Origin: Octopus bimaculoides
Lineage: Eukaryota
DNA length: 64,000 nt
NCBI RefSeq assembly: GCF_001194135.2
Contig: NC_068984.1
Span: 54,826,095 to 54,890,094, forward strand
Direction: 5' to 3'
Shown here in pieces: positions 11,944 through 25,324 of this stretch. A program made the position numbers and the translations under genes. Every line of letters starts with the position of its first letter. The stretch's first letter is position 1. Below the pieces are notes generated by a model. That model did no database searches. It was given only the letters and a program-made list of their open reading frames with translations, and was not told the origin of the DNA.

Positions 11944-12790
11944 CTAGCTGACGTACCCGGCAATTCCCGGGAAAGCGGGGATTATCTCTTGGTTCCGTTC
12001 TCATAATTGTTTCGGTAATCCAGTAACAACAATACGAAGTATGTAACCTGTCTTACACAGGATCTTGGTTTTAGGAATTCGCAATAAGTTATAAATACCC
12101 AAATTGTGAAGTCAATTATGTAATAACATGAAATTAGTTACCCGATAGTAGGAATTCAAATAAAGTAGCCCCGAAAAGGGCTTTAATGCGTTCTCAGAGT
12201 GTTTAGAACTTAGGAGGAAATACTAATAAGGTATGTATGCTAACATCGTGAAGAATGTTACGTAATGACAGGCTAATCAGATATGAGATAATAACAATTC
12301 AAAGTAAATAACTCTGAAAAGGGCTTTTGTGCGTTCCCAGAGAATATTACCCTCAGCGTCGCTAGTGTTGGTATACTCATGAATAAGACACTAACCGCAA
12401 TAAGTGGATCTATTGTTTAGGGAAATATTTACTTGTTTAAGTGTTGTACTGGATAAATTGCGAAAATAACTCTAACAGCTCAAATACTAAGACATAAGCA
12501 TACTGAATTTGATTTAAGAAAATGAATGGGTTATTTCCCTTGGCTGCTAAAATCTGGGTGAATAGGCTATTTCCTTTGGCTGTTAATATGAAATATATTA
12601 GATATCTATAAGGATCCCTTCCAGAGACCCCATTATCGATTTTTCAACAATCTGAGTATGCCATGAGGTTTCCATACATGAGTTATACTCACGTGTCAAG
12701 TGTCATAAAAAGATCGATAAAACGATGTAGGAGGAGTTAGCTAACACCACAAACATACCCACAGAGAGAATTTCCCACATATGTAGTAGA
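11944..12790 (-). mobile_element. Full-length non-autonomous Helitron-like element
   Basis: On the minus strand it starts A|TC (12790) and ends CTAG|T (11944), with a CCCGG...CCGGG subterminal hairpin. Contains an internal degenerate duplication (GAAAAGGGCTTT..TGCGTTC.CAGAG twice). Confidence 0.65.
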
Positions 12791-13282
12791 TTATAAAAAG
12801 ATAGGAAACTGAATGGAAACCAGCAGTGCTTTCAAAACAACTTGCCTGATGAAGTGCCGCTAGATCGTATTTATTTATGTAATTATTTATAACATAATTT
12901 AGGTAATGGTATGATATGGAAAACTAACAGCTGTTACCACTGCACAGGAATAATTGTTGCATGTTGTAAGGCTGTTTATTCCATCTTCTTGTATAAATTT
13001 ATCTATACATAAATCCCTATGCATATGCATTATATGGAAGTATGTATGTATCTAAGTATGCTTGAATATTTGTAGTTACATGTATAACTACATCCTTCAC
13101 GCACATGTGTGTGTGTGTGTGAATATCCATGCGTAGGAGTATGGTTGCATATATCCATATATCAATTTATCTGCAAATCAGGACTTTTCTCTAGTCTCGG
13201 CACAGCATAAATTTATGACTGACATCTCATATGACGGTCTACTGAGGCTGTAGAGACCCATATCTGATTGATATTCCTGGTT

Positions 13283-13359
<77 letters not shown>

Positions 13360-13479
13360 TATATATAAGCTCGTCAGGTTACTGTAATATCAGTGCATGT
13401 AACCTATTGTATTTCACATTTAAATCGTGGATTCATTAAACGACTTATATGTATGTTTCTATGTGTCATTATTCGGTTT

Positions 13480-13770
13480 ATTATAAGATTTTTTTCCCAA
13501 TAGAGAGAGAGAGAGAGAACCGGTTTCTAACTTAGATCCAAGACTCCTTCATTGAAATTTCGACATCAACAACAGGATATTTTTGTTTGTTTGTATGTAT
13601 GTATGTATGTATGTATGTATGTATGTATGTATGTATGTTTGTATGTATGTATGTATGTATGTATGTATGTGCAGATTTGTATGTTTTATGTATGTATTCT
13701 CAGGCATATAGTTTCATATATAGACATGCTCATATATATTTAAATGATAAACTAGAAAAGTGTTACAGAT
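13480..13770 (+). repeat. Dispersed repeat carrying an internal (TATG)n array
   Basis: Flanks match the reverse complement of 44680-45110. Confidence 0.7.
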
Positions 13771-14769
13771 TTTTACAGTTCTAGTAATGGGTTGGATCTT
13801 AGTCTTCTGATTAGCTTTCTCCATTCTTGTCCTGAGAAGTCCAATTTCTCAAGGTTGGTATTTACGCAGTGTGTTACAGGGCCCCAATAGTTATGTATCC
13901 AAGCATGTATGTATGCATCTATGTATGTAAGTATGTATGCATGTATGTATGCATGCATGCATGTATGTATGTATGTATGTATGTATGTATGTATGTATGC
14001 ATGCATGTATGTATGCATGTATGTATGTATGTATGTATGTATGTATGTATGTATGTATGTATGTATGTATGTCATCTTTATTTTCTTGCAATTTCGATAT
14101 CTAAAGGGAAGTCCTGCTGAGAACGCTGAAACAGGTTTTGTTCTAAGCATGTTTTACTCATCCCACCTTTTCTAGGGTTTCCTCTTCTGGGCTTCCCCTT
14201 TTAGAGGCTTTCCTTTTTGAGGCATTGCTCCTTCACAATGGCTGCCCGGATACTCATACTGCTACTTCAGTTTATATTTCATTTATTTACAATTTATGCT
14301 TTTTGTTTTCGGTACTGACTTCCGCTACTTTAAATGAACGAAATATATTTATTAATATAAAAATTAAAAAATCAATTTAATTTTTCATGTTTATACCACT
14401 ATGATTTAGTACTGCATTCTCTGACTAAGGAATATATGTTGCGGTTTTGATGTCCCTAATATTTAATCGTTTTCATTGTTTTATTTTTTTAATACTTTTA
14501 GTGGTACTACACTTCACAAAATAATAATTATAATGTTCATAAAACAATCAGCCTTTCAATTAAAAGCCTTTCTTCCCCACCCTTCCTTTTACTGCTTTCA
14601 CATCCGCAAGATTTATTTATTTATCTATTTATTTTGATTTGGTCTGGTGAATTTAATTTGGTTTGGTCTAGGCTCTAAAAATGAAAATTATCTCCGTACT
14701 ACCAACTGAGGTAACACTCATATTTTACTGTTAATAGCAGTAGTTCTCTACTTCATACACCGTTAAGTA

Positions 14770-15060
14770 TGAAGTCATGGGAAAAGTGCAAGGCTTGATA
14801 AGTAGCACACCGCCGAAAATCTGGAATTTTTTAGTAGTGCGATTCTCCTGATGATGATCCATGTTTCATGCGTTCCGTGCCTCGAAAAAGTTTGGCCATG
14901 TTTGAGCTAAGGCTAGTCGGGCACAGCTGCATAATGTTTTTACCCAGGACATGAGTAGAACGCAGCACCAATGACGAAATGTAAATTGCTGGTCGCTTTG
15001 CAGTTTGCAGCTTTTCATGCAAAGGACTTGAACAGCTTCAGCTCTATATAAAACATTTTC
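14770..15060 (-). mobile_element. Possible mariner N-terminal fragment
   Basis: Weak resemblance to mariner HTH region; heavily degraded. Confidence 0.3.
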
Positions 15061-15365
15061 AAGATATCGAAATACAAAAATCAGTATGGAAAATGAAATG
15101 CAAAAACATGTTTATTCTTTATTTATTTATTTATTTATTTTCTAGTCGTAATTGTTTCGTAGTGCAACGATTCAATTATTACTACTTAAAATAATAGTCG
15201 ATTGCAATTTGTTTTATTGAAGGGGAATCCATTAGTGCAACTCATCAATACAGTAGAACATTTAACAAGACGCATACCTAACGCGTGAATAATTATGTGT
15301 GTGTGTGTGTGAGTACACACGCGCTCACGTGTGTTTGAGTGGATATATGAATATACATATGTGTA

Positions 15366-15397
<32 letters not shown>

Positions 15398-15599
15398 AAT
15401 AATATATACATACATATATATATGTGTGTGGATATATATATACATACGTATATGTATTCATGTATACATGGAAACATATATACATACGTACATACATATA
15501 TACATACATACATGCATACATACATACATACATACATACATACATACATGCAATATAAGCTGAATCAGCGGTATAAGTATCCGGGCAGCCCTTTTGTAG

Positions 15600-17800
15600 G
15601 AGTAATGTCGCAAAAGGGAAAGCTTCTAAAAGCGAAAGCCCTTTAGATATAGAAATTAGAAGAAAATGAAGATGACTAGCGATGTGGAAAGTGTGTATTA
15701 TGCTTGGTGGAAACTTCATACCTGAGCGTTCAAAGAGATCAGGATCGAAGGGAAGGGCCAGTTGCAAGAAGAGGGTTACACCTTCTTCTGGGTTGGTAAG
15801 ACCTTGTGAAGAAGAGAATTAGGCGTGGCTTTTACTGTCGGCAAGACTCACCAAAGGGTTACCTTCCTGTCATCTTCCGTCTCAGAGTGGACACGACCTT
15901 CGTCAATACATATGTTCTAGAGCTCACTAAGTTATAGGCAAGGTTCCTGACCAAGACAAGTTACTGATTATGGACGATTTCAATGCTAGGGTGGGACCAA
16001 ATTGTGAGATCTATGCAGGCATCATCGGCAAGTTTGGGAAAGGCAAAAAGAATTTCAGTGGAGACATCCTGCTAAACTTCTAGGCACAACAGGGGCTCTG
16101 TGTCACCAATACCATTTATTGATCAGCCCATGAAGAATGATTTCACAAGGAAACATCATCGGTCAGACGACTATGATCTGCTGGATTGTCATTACCCGGA
16201 AGGCTGGACTGCGGGGTATGCTGTATACGAAGTCCATGCGTGGAGCAGGATGCTTAACTAACCACTACGTTGTGAAATGTCAGGTCAGATTCGAAATCAT
16301 TCTACTCCGAAGAAAGACTCCAGCCAGCAGAATGCCAGAAAAGCTTGACATCAGCAAGCTAGAAAATGTGGAACACTGTCAGAGACTGATTGCTGCCGTC
16401 GCAGTTGGAGCCGAGAGTACGGCTGTCAGTTCAGATAAACTGGATGGCATCGAGGAGTATTGGTAGGCGTTTAAGGAGGTAATCTTCTCTGCTGCTAAGG
16501 AGGTCCTAGAACTCTCTTAGTATACAACTCCTGACTATTTCTAGAAGCACGGAGAGAAGATCCAGAAGCAGCCAGGCGACGCAACGCCTGCACCAGTGAC
16601 ACCTGCAGGAGAACTTGGAGAAGAGTAAGGTCGCTTTTGTTGAAACCAAGTCTAATGGGGAGAGAGAAATGAGATCACTGAAGGAAGATTAGATGGTGCA
16701 GGTAGACAGAAGCTTTGCATAGCATGGCCAACAAGAACGATTACTACGGGCTGTTAATGAGACTCAAACACTAAGGACACTTTGTGGACCAGTTTTCTTG
16801 TGCAACAGACATGTTTGGTCTCAAGATCAACGCTTCGACAACTGAGCTACCCTATTAATTGGCACTAAGATGTTCGAATAGATCGAGTGAGCCAGCCACA
16901 GTCTGCCACAAAGACTTTTGGGCTGCGTGGACAAGCGTCTATGGAACTGACATGACATAGTCCGCAACATTAAGATAATGCTGTACAGTGCTGTAGTGCG
17001 CCATTACCTTCTCTACACCACGGAATGCATGACCTTCTACCGCAGGCACATCAAGGCCCTGACGCGAATCCAGCTTCTTCATCTGCGTTCCATCTTATAT
17101 ATCAAATAGTAGTATAGTATTTCTGATGTAGAGGTTCTGCGTCGCACTGGCGTAGTTAGTGTGGATGCCTTCATTGCCTCGTCATAGCTGCAATGGGAGG
17201 GACGTGTTTGCAGGATGAAGAACGGTTTCATGATCTCATCGCAGCTGCACAGGGTGAGACATGTTTTCAGGGTAAAGGGAGGTTTCATTACCTCATTGCA
17301 GCTGCGCTGGGCGGGACGTGTTTGCAGAATAAATGGCAGCTTCATTACCTCATCGTAGCTGCACTGGGCGGAACATGTTTTCAGGGTGGAGAGCTGCAGG
17401 CTCCGAAACGCAGTTTTCTACACGGAACATCGTCAGGGAGAGGAGGAACCGTGTTGGTCAGAGGTTCGGATATAGTCATATGCTGAAGCGACATAAGAAG
17501 GACTCGGGAATCTCCTCAAACACCTGGGAGGAGAAGCCTTACGGCACGATGAATGGTGCCGATCGCTGAAGCTGGCAATTTCAACCATTGAGGTGAAACA
17601 ACAGAGAGAATACGAAGCAGCACATAAGAGACGCCACATCTCCGTTGCGTTTCAAGTAATTTCACATGCAGCAGATGTAATCGCTGCTGCAGATCAAGAG
17701 CAGACCTTGCAGCCAACATGCGAGCCTGCCAAAGATGATTACTGGACAAGAACAGTCAACGTCTACCTACGATTGCCAGCCGACGACGATAAACATCGAT
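15600..17800 (+). mobile_element. RTE-clade (BovB-like) LINE, internally deleted pseudo-copy
   Basis: APE motifs RIEGKGQLQEEGYTFFWVG, LLIMDDFNARVG, IIGKFG, LCVTNT, TKSMRGAGC. 3' motifs YRRHIKAL, EVLRR, QLRWAGRV. Terminal CSRCNRCCRSRADLAANMRAC*. Confidence 0.9.
17170..17397 (+). repeat. 4 x 57-bp in-frame tandem repeat inside RTE ORF
   Basis: TTCAT units start at 17170, 17227, 17284 and 17341. Confidence 0.9.
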
Positions 17801-18769
17801 AATTAAAATGATTTTTGTTTTTTTTGTTTTTATTAATAAATATAAGTCGTCTATTTAAATTAGCAGAAATCAATACCGAAAACAAGAAATGTAGAAAGTA
17901 AGTAAATAAAACAAACTTAATTGTTTATTTTGATCACATACTTTTCAGTGCATCAATTTAGCAAATTAGAAATTTTACATATTTTCGAAGAATTATTGTT
18001 AGACCGTTGTTAATAATTAATTTGAGATTAGCCATTAAGATGATAGTATGTGTCACAACAAAATATCACTAAGAGCGAAATTAATCGCATAATGAACTGT
18101 CTAGAGCGACTTTAATTCTATAAAACGTCACTTGACACTTAATCTTTTCATATATCATCAGAAAAGAAAACTTAATGAGAACCTTTAGAGTATAATCTGT
18201 TGACAGCTGATCAATTATAATTCTATTATCAAAGATTAAAAGGAATTGTGGATTTGGTTATTTACGACCTGAGTTCAAATTCCACTTGGTCAAATTTACC
18301 TTTAATCCTTACGAGGGTCGATACACTAAGGAAATCACTCAATTAGTGAGATCGATTTACTTAACTGAAATGTGTATCGTAAAACAGAAGCTAGGAATGA
18401 GAATTCCGAACGAAACTAAATATGCTGCATAAAGTGGCATATGAATGTATTTAACCCCTATTCCTGCAGTATTCCTACGAGGAGCAGCGCCACGTATCAG
18501 ATATAATATATTATTCACTTTGAAAGAGTAAATGGTAGGAAAATTTCATAACGATCTTATAACAAACGGGGGTAAGTGACACGACTGTCGTCATGCCATA
18601 CGAGTAAAAATTGTATTCAAGAGACGACGGCAACAACAAGGACGACGATAATGATGATGGAAACAATCAATAGTACATAACAGCAATAGTAGCTGCAATA
18701 ACAATGACGGCGACAACAACAGCAACAACAACAACAATCCTTTCCAATATAGGCACAAGGCTTGATACT

Positions 18770-18880
18770 TTGGGTATTTATTTCCTCGATGCCGAAAGGA
18801 TGAAAGGCAAAGTCAACCTCGGCGGAATTTGAACGCAGAGCGTAAAGAGACAGGGACGTAAATATGTCAACACTGATTGT
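18770..18880 (-). mobile_element. Partial tRNA-derived SINE (major family)
   Basis: GATGAAAGGCAAAGTCAACCTCGGCGGAATTTGAAC is the reverse complement of the family core. Confidence 0.8.
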
Positions 18881-18914
18881 CAAGAAGTGGTGGAGGACAA
18901 ACACACGCACAAAT

Positions 18915-18945
<31 letters not shown>

Positions 18946-19612
18946 CACATTCATATACATATTCATCTACATTCAATGCTTTCTTTCATGGTGCCATCCA
19001 TTTTTATTTTATTTTATTTTATATTGTATATTGTATATTATATTATATATTGTATATTCCATATTCTATACCCCACATTAGTTNNNNNNNNNNNNNNNNN
19101 NNNNNNNNNNNNNNNNNNNNNNNNNNNNNNNNNNNNNNNNNNNNNNNNNNNNNNNNNNNNNNNNNNNNNNNNNNNNNNNNNNNNNNNNNNNNNNNNNNNN
19201 NNNNNNNNNNNNNNNNNNNNNNNNNNNNNNNNNNNNNNNNNNNNNNNNNNNNNNNNNNNNNNNNNNNNNNNNNNNNNNNNNNNNNNNNNNNNNNNNNNNN
19301 NNNNNNNNNNNNNNNNNNNNNNNNNNNNNNNNNNNNNNNNNNNNNNNNNNNNNNNNNNNNNNNNNNNNNNNNNNNNNNNNNNNNNNNNNNNNNNNNNNNN
19401 NNNNNNNNNNNNNNNNNNNNNNNNNNNNNNNNNNNNNNNNNNNNNNNNNNNNNNNNNNNNNNNNNNNNNNNNNNNNNNNNNNNNNNNNNNNNNNNNNNNN
19501 NNNNNNNNNNNNNNNNNNNNNNNNNNNNNNNNNNNNNNNNNNNNNNNNNNNNNNNNNNNNNNNNNNNNNNNNNNNNNNNNNNNNNNNNNNNNNNNNNNNN
19601 NNNNNNNNNNNN

Positions 19613-19671
<59 letters not shown>

Positions 19672-19714
19672 CTAGCAAAGATACCCGGCCTTGCTCGGGA
19701 TTAAAATGTCATAG

Positions 19715-19993
19715 ATTTCTATTGCTTTACTTGTTTCAGTCATGTGACTGCGGCCATGGTGGAGCACCGTCGTTGGTCGAAGAAATCAACCACATGATTT
19801 ATTCTTTGTAAGCCTACTTCTCATTCTGTTAAGTTACAGGAATGTAAACACTGCAACATTGGTTGCCAAGGAATGGTGGGTGTACAAACACAAGACACAG
19901 GTACACACATACAGAAATATACATATATATACGGCAGTCTTCTTTCAGTTTCCAAGTACTCACAAGATTTTGGTCAGCCTTAGGCTATAGTAA

Positions 19994-19995
<2 letters not shown>
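19715..19995 (-). mobile_element. SINE (second family), partial
   Basis: Reverse complement of the CATGGCCGCAGTCA.ATGACTGAAACAAGTAAA tail and CCAAAATCTTGTGAGT body seen at 34990 and 41155. Confidence 0.75.
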
Positions 19996-20048
<53 letters not shown>

Positions 20049-20097
20049 TTCGGTGCGAATGGCTTTATTATACGGTGCCGTATTTTACAATGCTGTA

Positions 20098-20412
20098 AAT
20101 AATAATAATGGTATTTTTATATAAGCTTAAAACTTATGCCGTTCATCGTGCAATGACTAACGAAAATAGTGTAATAACGGAGCATATAAGCCCTCGACAG
20201 AAAAAAAGAAGGCTTTCCCATCCGCGTGGAACGCGAATCCACATCCCTTTGTTAACATGACTGTGTGTGTTACCTTCACGCACGGATAGGAAAGCCTTGT
20301 TTTTTCTGTCGAGTGCTTATATGCCTCGTTATTAGACTATTTTCTTTAGTCATTGCGCGGTGAACGCCATAAAGTTTAAGCTTATATAAAAATACCATTA
20401 TTATTATTATTT
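20098..20412. mobile_element. Foldback/MITE-like palindrome (~125-bp arms, ~58-bp loop)
   Basis: 20098-20224 is a near-perfect inverted copy of 20283-20412. Confidence 0.8.
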
Positions 20413-20414
20413 AC

Positions 20415-21395
20415 ATGATTGTAATGAAACTCTGCGATGGTATCCGTTGCCAAAAGATGCCAGTCATATTGAAAACTTGTTCACGCGAATATCCCCCTTC
20501 TTCGACGATGGTCTTGAACGTCTTGTTCACGTACTCCCCATCGGCAGGTTTGTCATCAGAGGCGGCTTCTCCATGCAGGGACACACTCTTGAGGTTGAAC
20601 CTCCTTTAGAATTTATCAAACCAGTCCTTGTTGGCATTAAATTCGGTTGTTTTGATGGGAGATGCTGTAGATGGTCCTGATTCAGAGTCGTTTGGGTCGT
20701 TGTCACAGCCATCCAAAAACACCTGTACAACTACCTGGCCTTCTCACGGATGGTGTTGATATCCAGGGCAATATTCTTCTTCCTGCAGTCACTGATCCAA
20801 AGGGCTAATGCAGACACGATCCCTACGATGGCCTTATTGCGGGAAGTTACCAGCCTTTCGCTGTCTTGTTAAAAGTCATTTTGCCGTCACCATTATATTT
20901 TTCCGACCTTCTTGCTGTAGTGAACGATAGATTCAATGATGCCGTAATGGCCGCCTACATCCGAATACCTAAGCATGTTGAGGAGTCTAACCTTCTCTGC
21001 TATAGTAAGTATCTTCTGGTGCTAGAGTTTACTGCTAGATGATATAGAAAGTACAGAACGTTTGGGCGACATCGTAGGGTTTGAAATAAATTCACAATTT
21101 TACACACATGTGCAAAACAACACTACACACTCACCTCCCGAGTTTCGTTTTCCATACAGTGTGTACAATTCTTTGTTTACTCATCTACGGTACACTACGC
21201 ATTTTCTTTTAATATATTTTGATTGTGTTATATAGTACAGTACTGTACTGTATTTCTATTTATAGATTATAAATACCTATCGGCTGCAGAAACCCGCGAT
21301 ATACGGAGGAGTCCGCGATATAAATTTATATATATTTGCCAGAAAAAGTCCTCGATGTACTGAGAGTGCAATAGGTGAAACACGATATTATTGTA
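20415..21395 (-). mobile_element. pogo/Tigger (TIGD1-like) transposase 5' portion with left TIR
   Basis: Minus strand MSPKR..., LTIAEKVRLL, ALWISDCRKKNIALD, IREKA, WFDKF*RRFNLKSVSLHGEAAS, EQVFNM. Tigger-like TIR remnant near 21395. Confidence 0.85.
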
Positions 21396-22151
21396 CAACT
21401 CTTTTTGTATGTTATTTCATCATCCAGGTCCATGAACACTTGTTTGTAGAAATAAGGTTTAGGTCCGATTATCTCTCATCAGATCAGAGTACAAATCCCA
21501 ATTGCAAGAAAGACAGAAAACTGGAGTCTTTGCTTGGAAATGCATGCAGCTGTACCTTCCTATATTCTTTACAAGAACATTAGGTAAACTCCAAATCACT
21601 ATTCCATGCTACAGAGACAATTCTTGAAAGTATGAAAATACTTGTTAGTTATACAATTTTCTGTGCATGGAAATTGAACTAATCTACCTATAGTAAATTC
21701 GAGCCAATGAAGTAGCCTCTATGACTTGCTAAAAATAGTATCCAAAAACTATTCCTCGCATCATTCAAACTAAACAAAGAGAACGACATATCGTATAATG
21801 CACTTTTCCTGCAAGAAAACACCTTATATTTTCGGTAGTAATATATCCAAAGAGTTAGAATTAATCTGAGAGGATAAACACCACTAACAACAGCACTTAT
21901 AGCAAAATAGTAAGAGCCAGTGAAAATTAGATGCCTTGAGTCCTGAACCAGCTTAATTCCAATGAATAAATATGTATCATTTCTTCATCCCGACTGTCAT
22001 TGACTCAGGCAGTTCCGTTGAATTCGAATGAAATACTTTATCTTAGAATTAGGAATTATTTAAATACTCTTGTGTATAATCTTCTTTACCATATTTCAGC
22101 TACAGAATATGTTTGGTATATAATTACTCATCATTAAATTTAAAACATTTA

Positions 22152-22513
22152 TACAGTGAAACCTTGCAAAACAAATTAAATTCGTTCCATAACCGAGCTC
22201 GTCTTACAATTTACTCGTTTTACAAATCAATTTTTCCCCAGTGAAATTAACTAAAATATAATTAGTCCGTTCCAACCTACTAAAACCACTCAAAAATAAT
22301 TTTTTATGGGTTTTAAAACAGAAAAGGTGTAGTTACAAGTAAAATGACAGTTATGAATAAGAAATATGTAAACTGGTTTTATTAACCGAATTACCTTGTT
22401 TGCTCGTACTGCGGATTTCTGCTCGTACTTCAAGACAAAAATTCACACGAGTCTCGGTTCGTACAGCAAATTACTCGTGCAATGGGGTATTCGTACTGCG
22501 AGGTTCTACTGTA
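22152..22513. mobile_element. Tigger/pogo-type MITE with TA target duplication
   Basis: Ends TA-CAGTGAAACCTTGC and GCGAGGTTCTACTG-TA (inverted CAGT..AACCT.GC). Confidence 0.8.
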
Positions 22514-23004
22514 TTCATGAACATTGTATTATGTAATATTTTTCTTTTATGAAAGAGTTTCCATTAATTGCTTTATAGTGTAAAGCAGAAAAATAATATA
22601 AAAACCGTAAGAATGCATTTGAAATTACTATCTAAACAGGAAAGAAACATGCTTCAATTGATTGTTAAATTTCAATGGCACGGCACCATATAAGAAGTGA
22701 ATAGTCTAACATAAAGTTAACTCAGGTATAAGGAAATTTCTCTTGTAAAAAAAAAATGTTAAGAAAATGTATCTTTGTTTACAAAAAAAAAAAAATAAGC
22801 GCTTTTTAAAAAGTTACTGGACAGATTCAGTACTACATACATACATATATGTAGCTTTCTGTCTCTATCTTTGTCTGTTTGTCTCTCTATATATATGTAT
22901 GTGTGTGTATGTGTATGTGTGTCTGTGTTTGTTAGTAATTACGCACATAACTAGTGATCTATGTCAGTGTTAGAAAAGCTTGATCTAAATAAGTGGAAGA
23001 AAAT

Positions 23005-23119
<115 letters not shown>

Positions 23120-23464
23120 AAAAAAATAAAGTGAATACATTAATTTCCTGCATTTGTTAACATCTCATACATCAATGAAGATAAACTATGTAAAATAAAT
23201 GTCAAGTGCTTTCTATTCCTTGTCAAATACCACGATAAGGAAAAGACGTCAGCTCCAGCTTTTCAAAGATTTTATTCCCTCCTGACTAATCAAATTGCAC
23301 CATTTAACTGAATTTTTTTTTTTAAATGATAATTTTTTTATTTGTATTGATTTGTATTCGTGGATCTATTATTATGATTCTTAATTCTTTGAATGAATGT
23401 AAAATGAACATTTAAATGAACGCTCAGTGATATATTGCGTACTATACTTGTTAATATTTATTTT

Positions 23465-23830
23465 CCGTCCTTGGCGTTAAACTGGCAGACTCATTAGCAC
23501 ACCGGATGAAATGCATTTCATCCATCTTCACGTTCTAAGTTCTAGCTCCGCCAAAGTCGTCTTTGTTTTCATCCTTTTGGGGTCGATAAAATAAGAACCA
23601 ACTCAGAACTGGGGTCGATTTAATCGACTTATACACTCACGCGAATTTGCTGACTTGGTGCCAAAATTTATTTTGCGTCTGTACCAGTTACGCACTGGGG
23701 TCGATGTAACCGACTTATCCCTCCTCACCAAATTCCAGACCTTGTGCCTATAGTAGAAAGGATTATTAGAAGGCGCATCAGGTGTCGAGCCGGTAGAATC
23801 GTTAGCACCACGGCTTATACACGTTTCTTA
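23465..23830 (+). mobile_element. Cluster of nested/partial major-family SINEs
   Basis: Repeated GGGGTCGAT..AATCGACTTA cores and a further head at ~23770. Confidence 0.75.
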
Positions 23831-24717
23831 ACGTTTAAGGATACGGGATTTCTATTGTCGAATATATCTGATTTCAACAACTAATTATATTTACCTCACG
23901 AGTATGTAATAAATAAATACAAATAAATTCATTCTTCTTTCTCACAATATGATCTATTAATTCCAGGAATGACCAAGCTGTTACCTAAGAGAGGTTTTAA
24001 AACATCACAAGATCAGATGAGAGAGATCGTGCTGAATGAGTTATAATACGTTTTATCTACTGCATCGGAATTAACTGAATAGTTGCTAGAAAATAGTTGT
24101 TAGAATTGTTGTTGGTCGTTGTTTATCCTCCATCCACCACCCCTGGTAGAGCAGATACTTGATTAATCACATCCAGACAACATCATCTCGCTTTTATCAA
24201 ACACTCAATTATTATCCAGTATAACTTTCCTTTGTGGTGCTGATTGAGGAAGTTTTCATTGCAGTTTCTAACAGTTAGAACGGTGAGATAATGTCTTCAT
24301 TGTTGGTTCATTTACAAAACAGCACTTATTTTTCTAACTCTATTTATATATGACTATCAGGCGCTGTTATACTGAAAATACATTATCAGACATTAAGAAA
24401 TTATACGAAATTATACTGAAGTGAATTATTTGAATTTACAGGATAAGAAAGAAAAGAAATGTATTGATTAACGTGAGTCTACATATGATGTTTATGAGTA
24501 TAAGCAAGACAATGGTAACGACTGCAAATCGTAAGTCTGAAAATGAGGTGAGATATGTGAATTAAAAAACAAATGACTCGTTCATATTTCGTGATCTGGA
24601 ACAAATTAATTACAAGGGAAGCTGTATAATTAAAATGTTTTACCAGGATGTGAGTCTTGGTTTCATTTTCAATGTATGATACGATGAGTATCTTGGATTC
24701 ACCACTACCTTATGGAG

Positions 24718-24826
<109 letters not shown>

Positions 24827-25084
24827 TTACTTTTCGCGATGTTCTCATACACTAAGGACGCAGGACTATGAATAGGGCATAACAGGATAACTAGAAAGGA
24901 TGCGAGTTGGACAAATTAATAAAGAACTTCATTAAGAAGTACAGCGAATTAAATCTGAAGGTAACTATTAATAATAACCGTAAAAATAATTAACCTAAAT
25001 ATCAGTATGAACCTAAAAAAGCGGAACGCAATATCCAGTCACACAAACAAATGCTTCACTCACCTTTAATTATCATGCATATTA

Positions 25085-25310
25085 ATAATAATAATGACTT
25101 TAGATTTGGGGACAAGACTTGCAATTTCGGGGAAGGGATTAGCTGATTACATCAACCCCAGTGTTAAATTGGTACTTATTTTATAGATTCTGGAAGGATG
25201 AAAGCAAAGTCAACCTCGGCGGAATTTGAACTCAGAAAGTAAAGCTGGACGAAATGCCACTAAGCATTTTGCAAGGCATGCTATCGATCCTGCCAGCTCG
25301 TTGGTCTTAT
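25085..25310 (-). mobile_element. tRNA-derived SINE (major family)
   Basis: Reverse-complement family core AAGTCAACCTCGGCGGAATTTGAACTCAGAA. Confidence 0.85.
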
Positions 25311-25324
25311 ATTAATAGTATTAT

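Noticed and set aside
17170-17397. CRISPR-like array (also 45377-45469)
   Set aside because: Units are contiguous with no unique spacers, there are no cas genes, and the context is eukaryotic.
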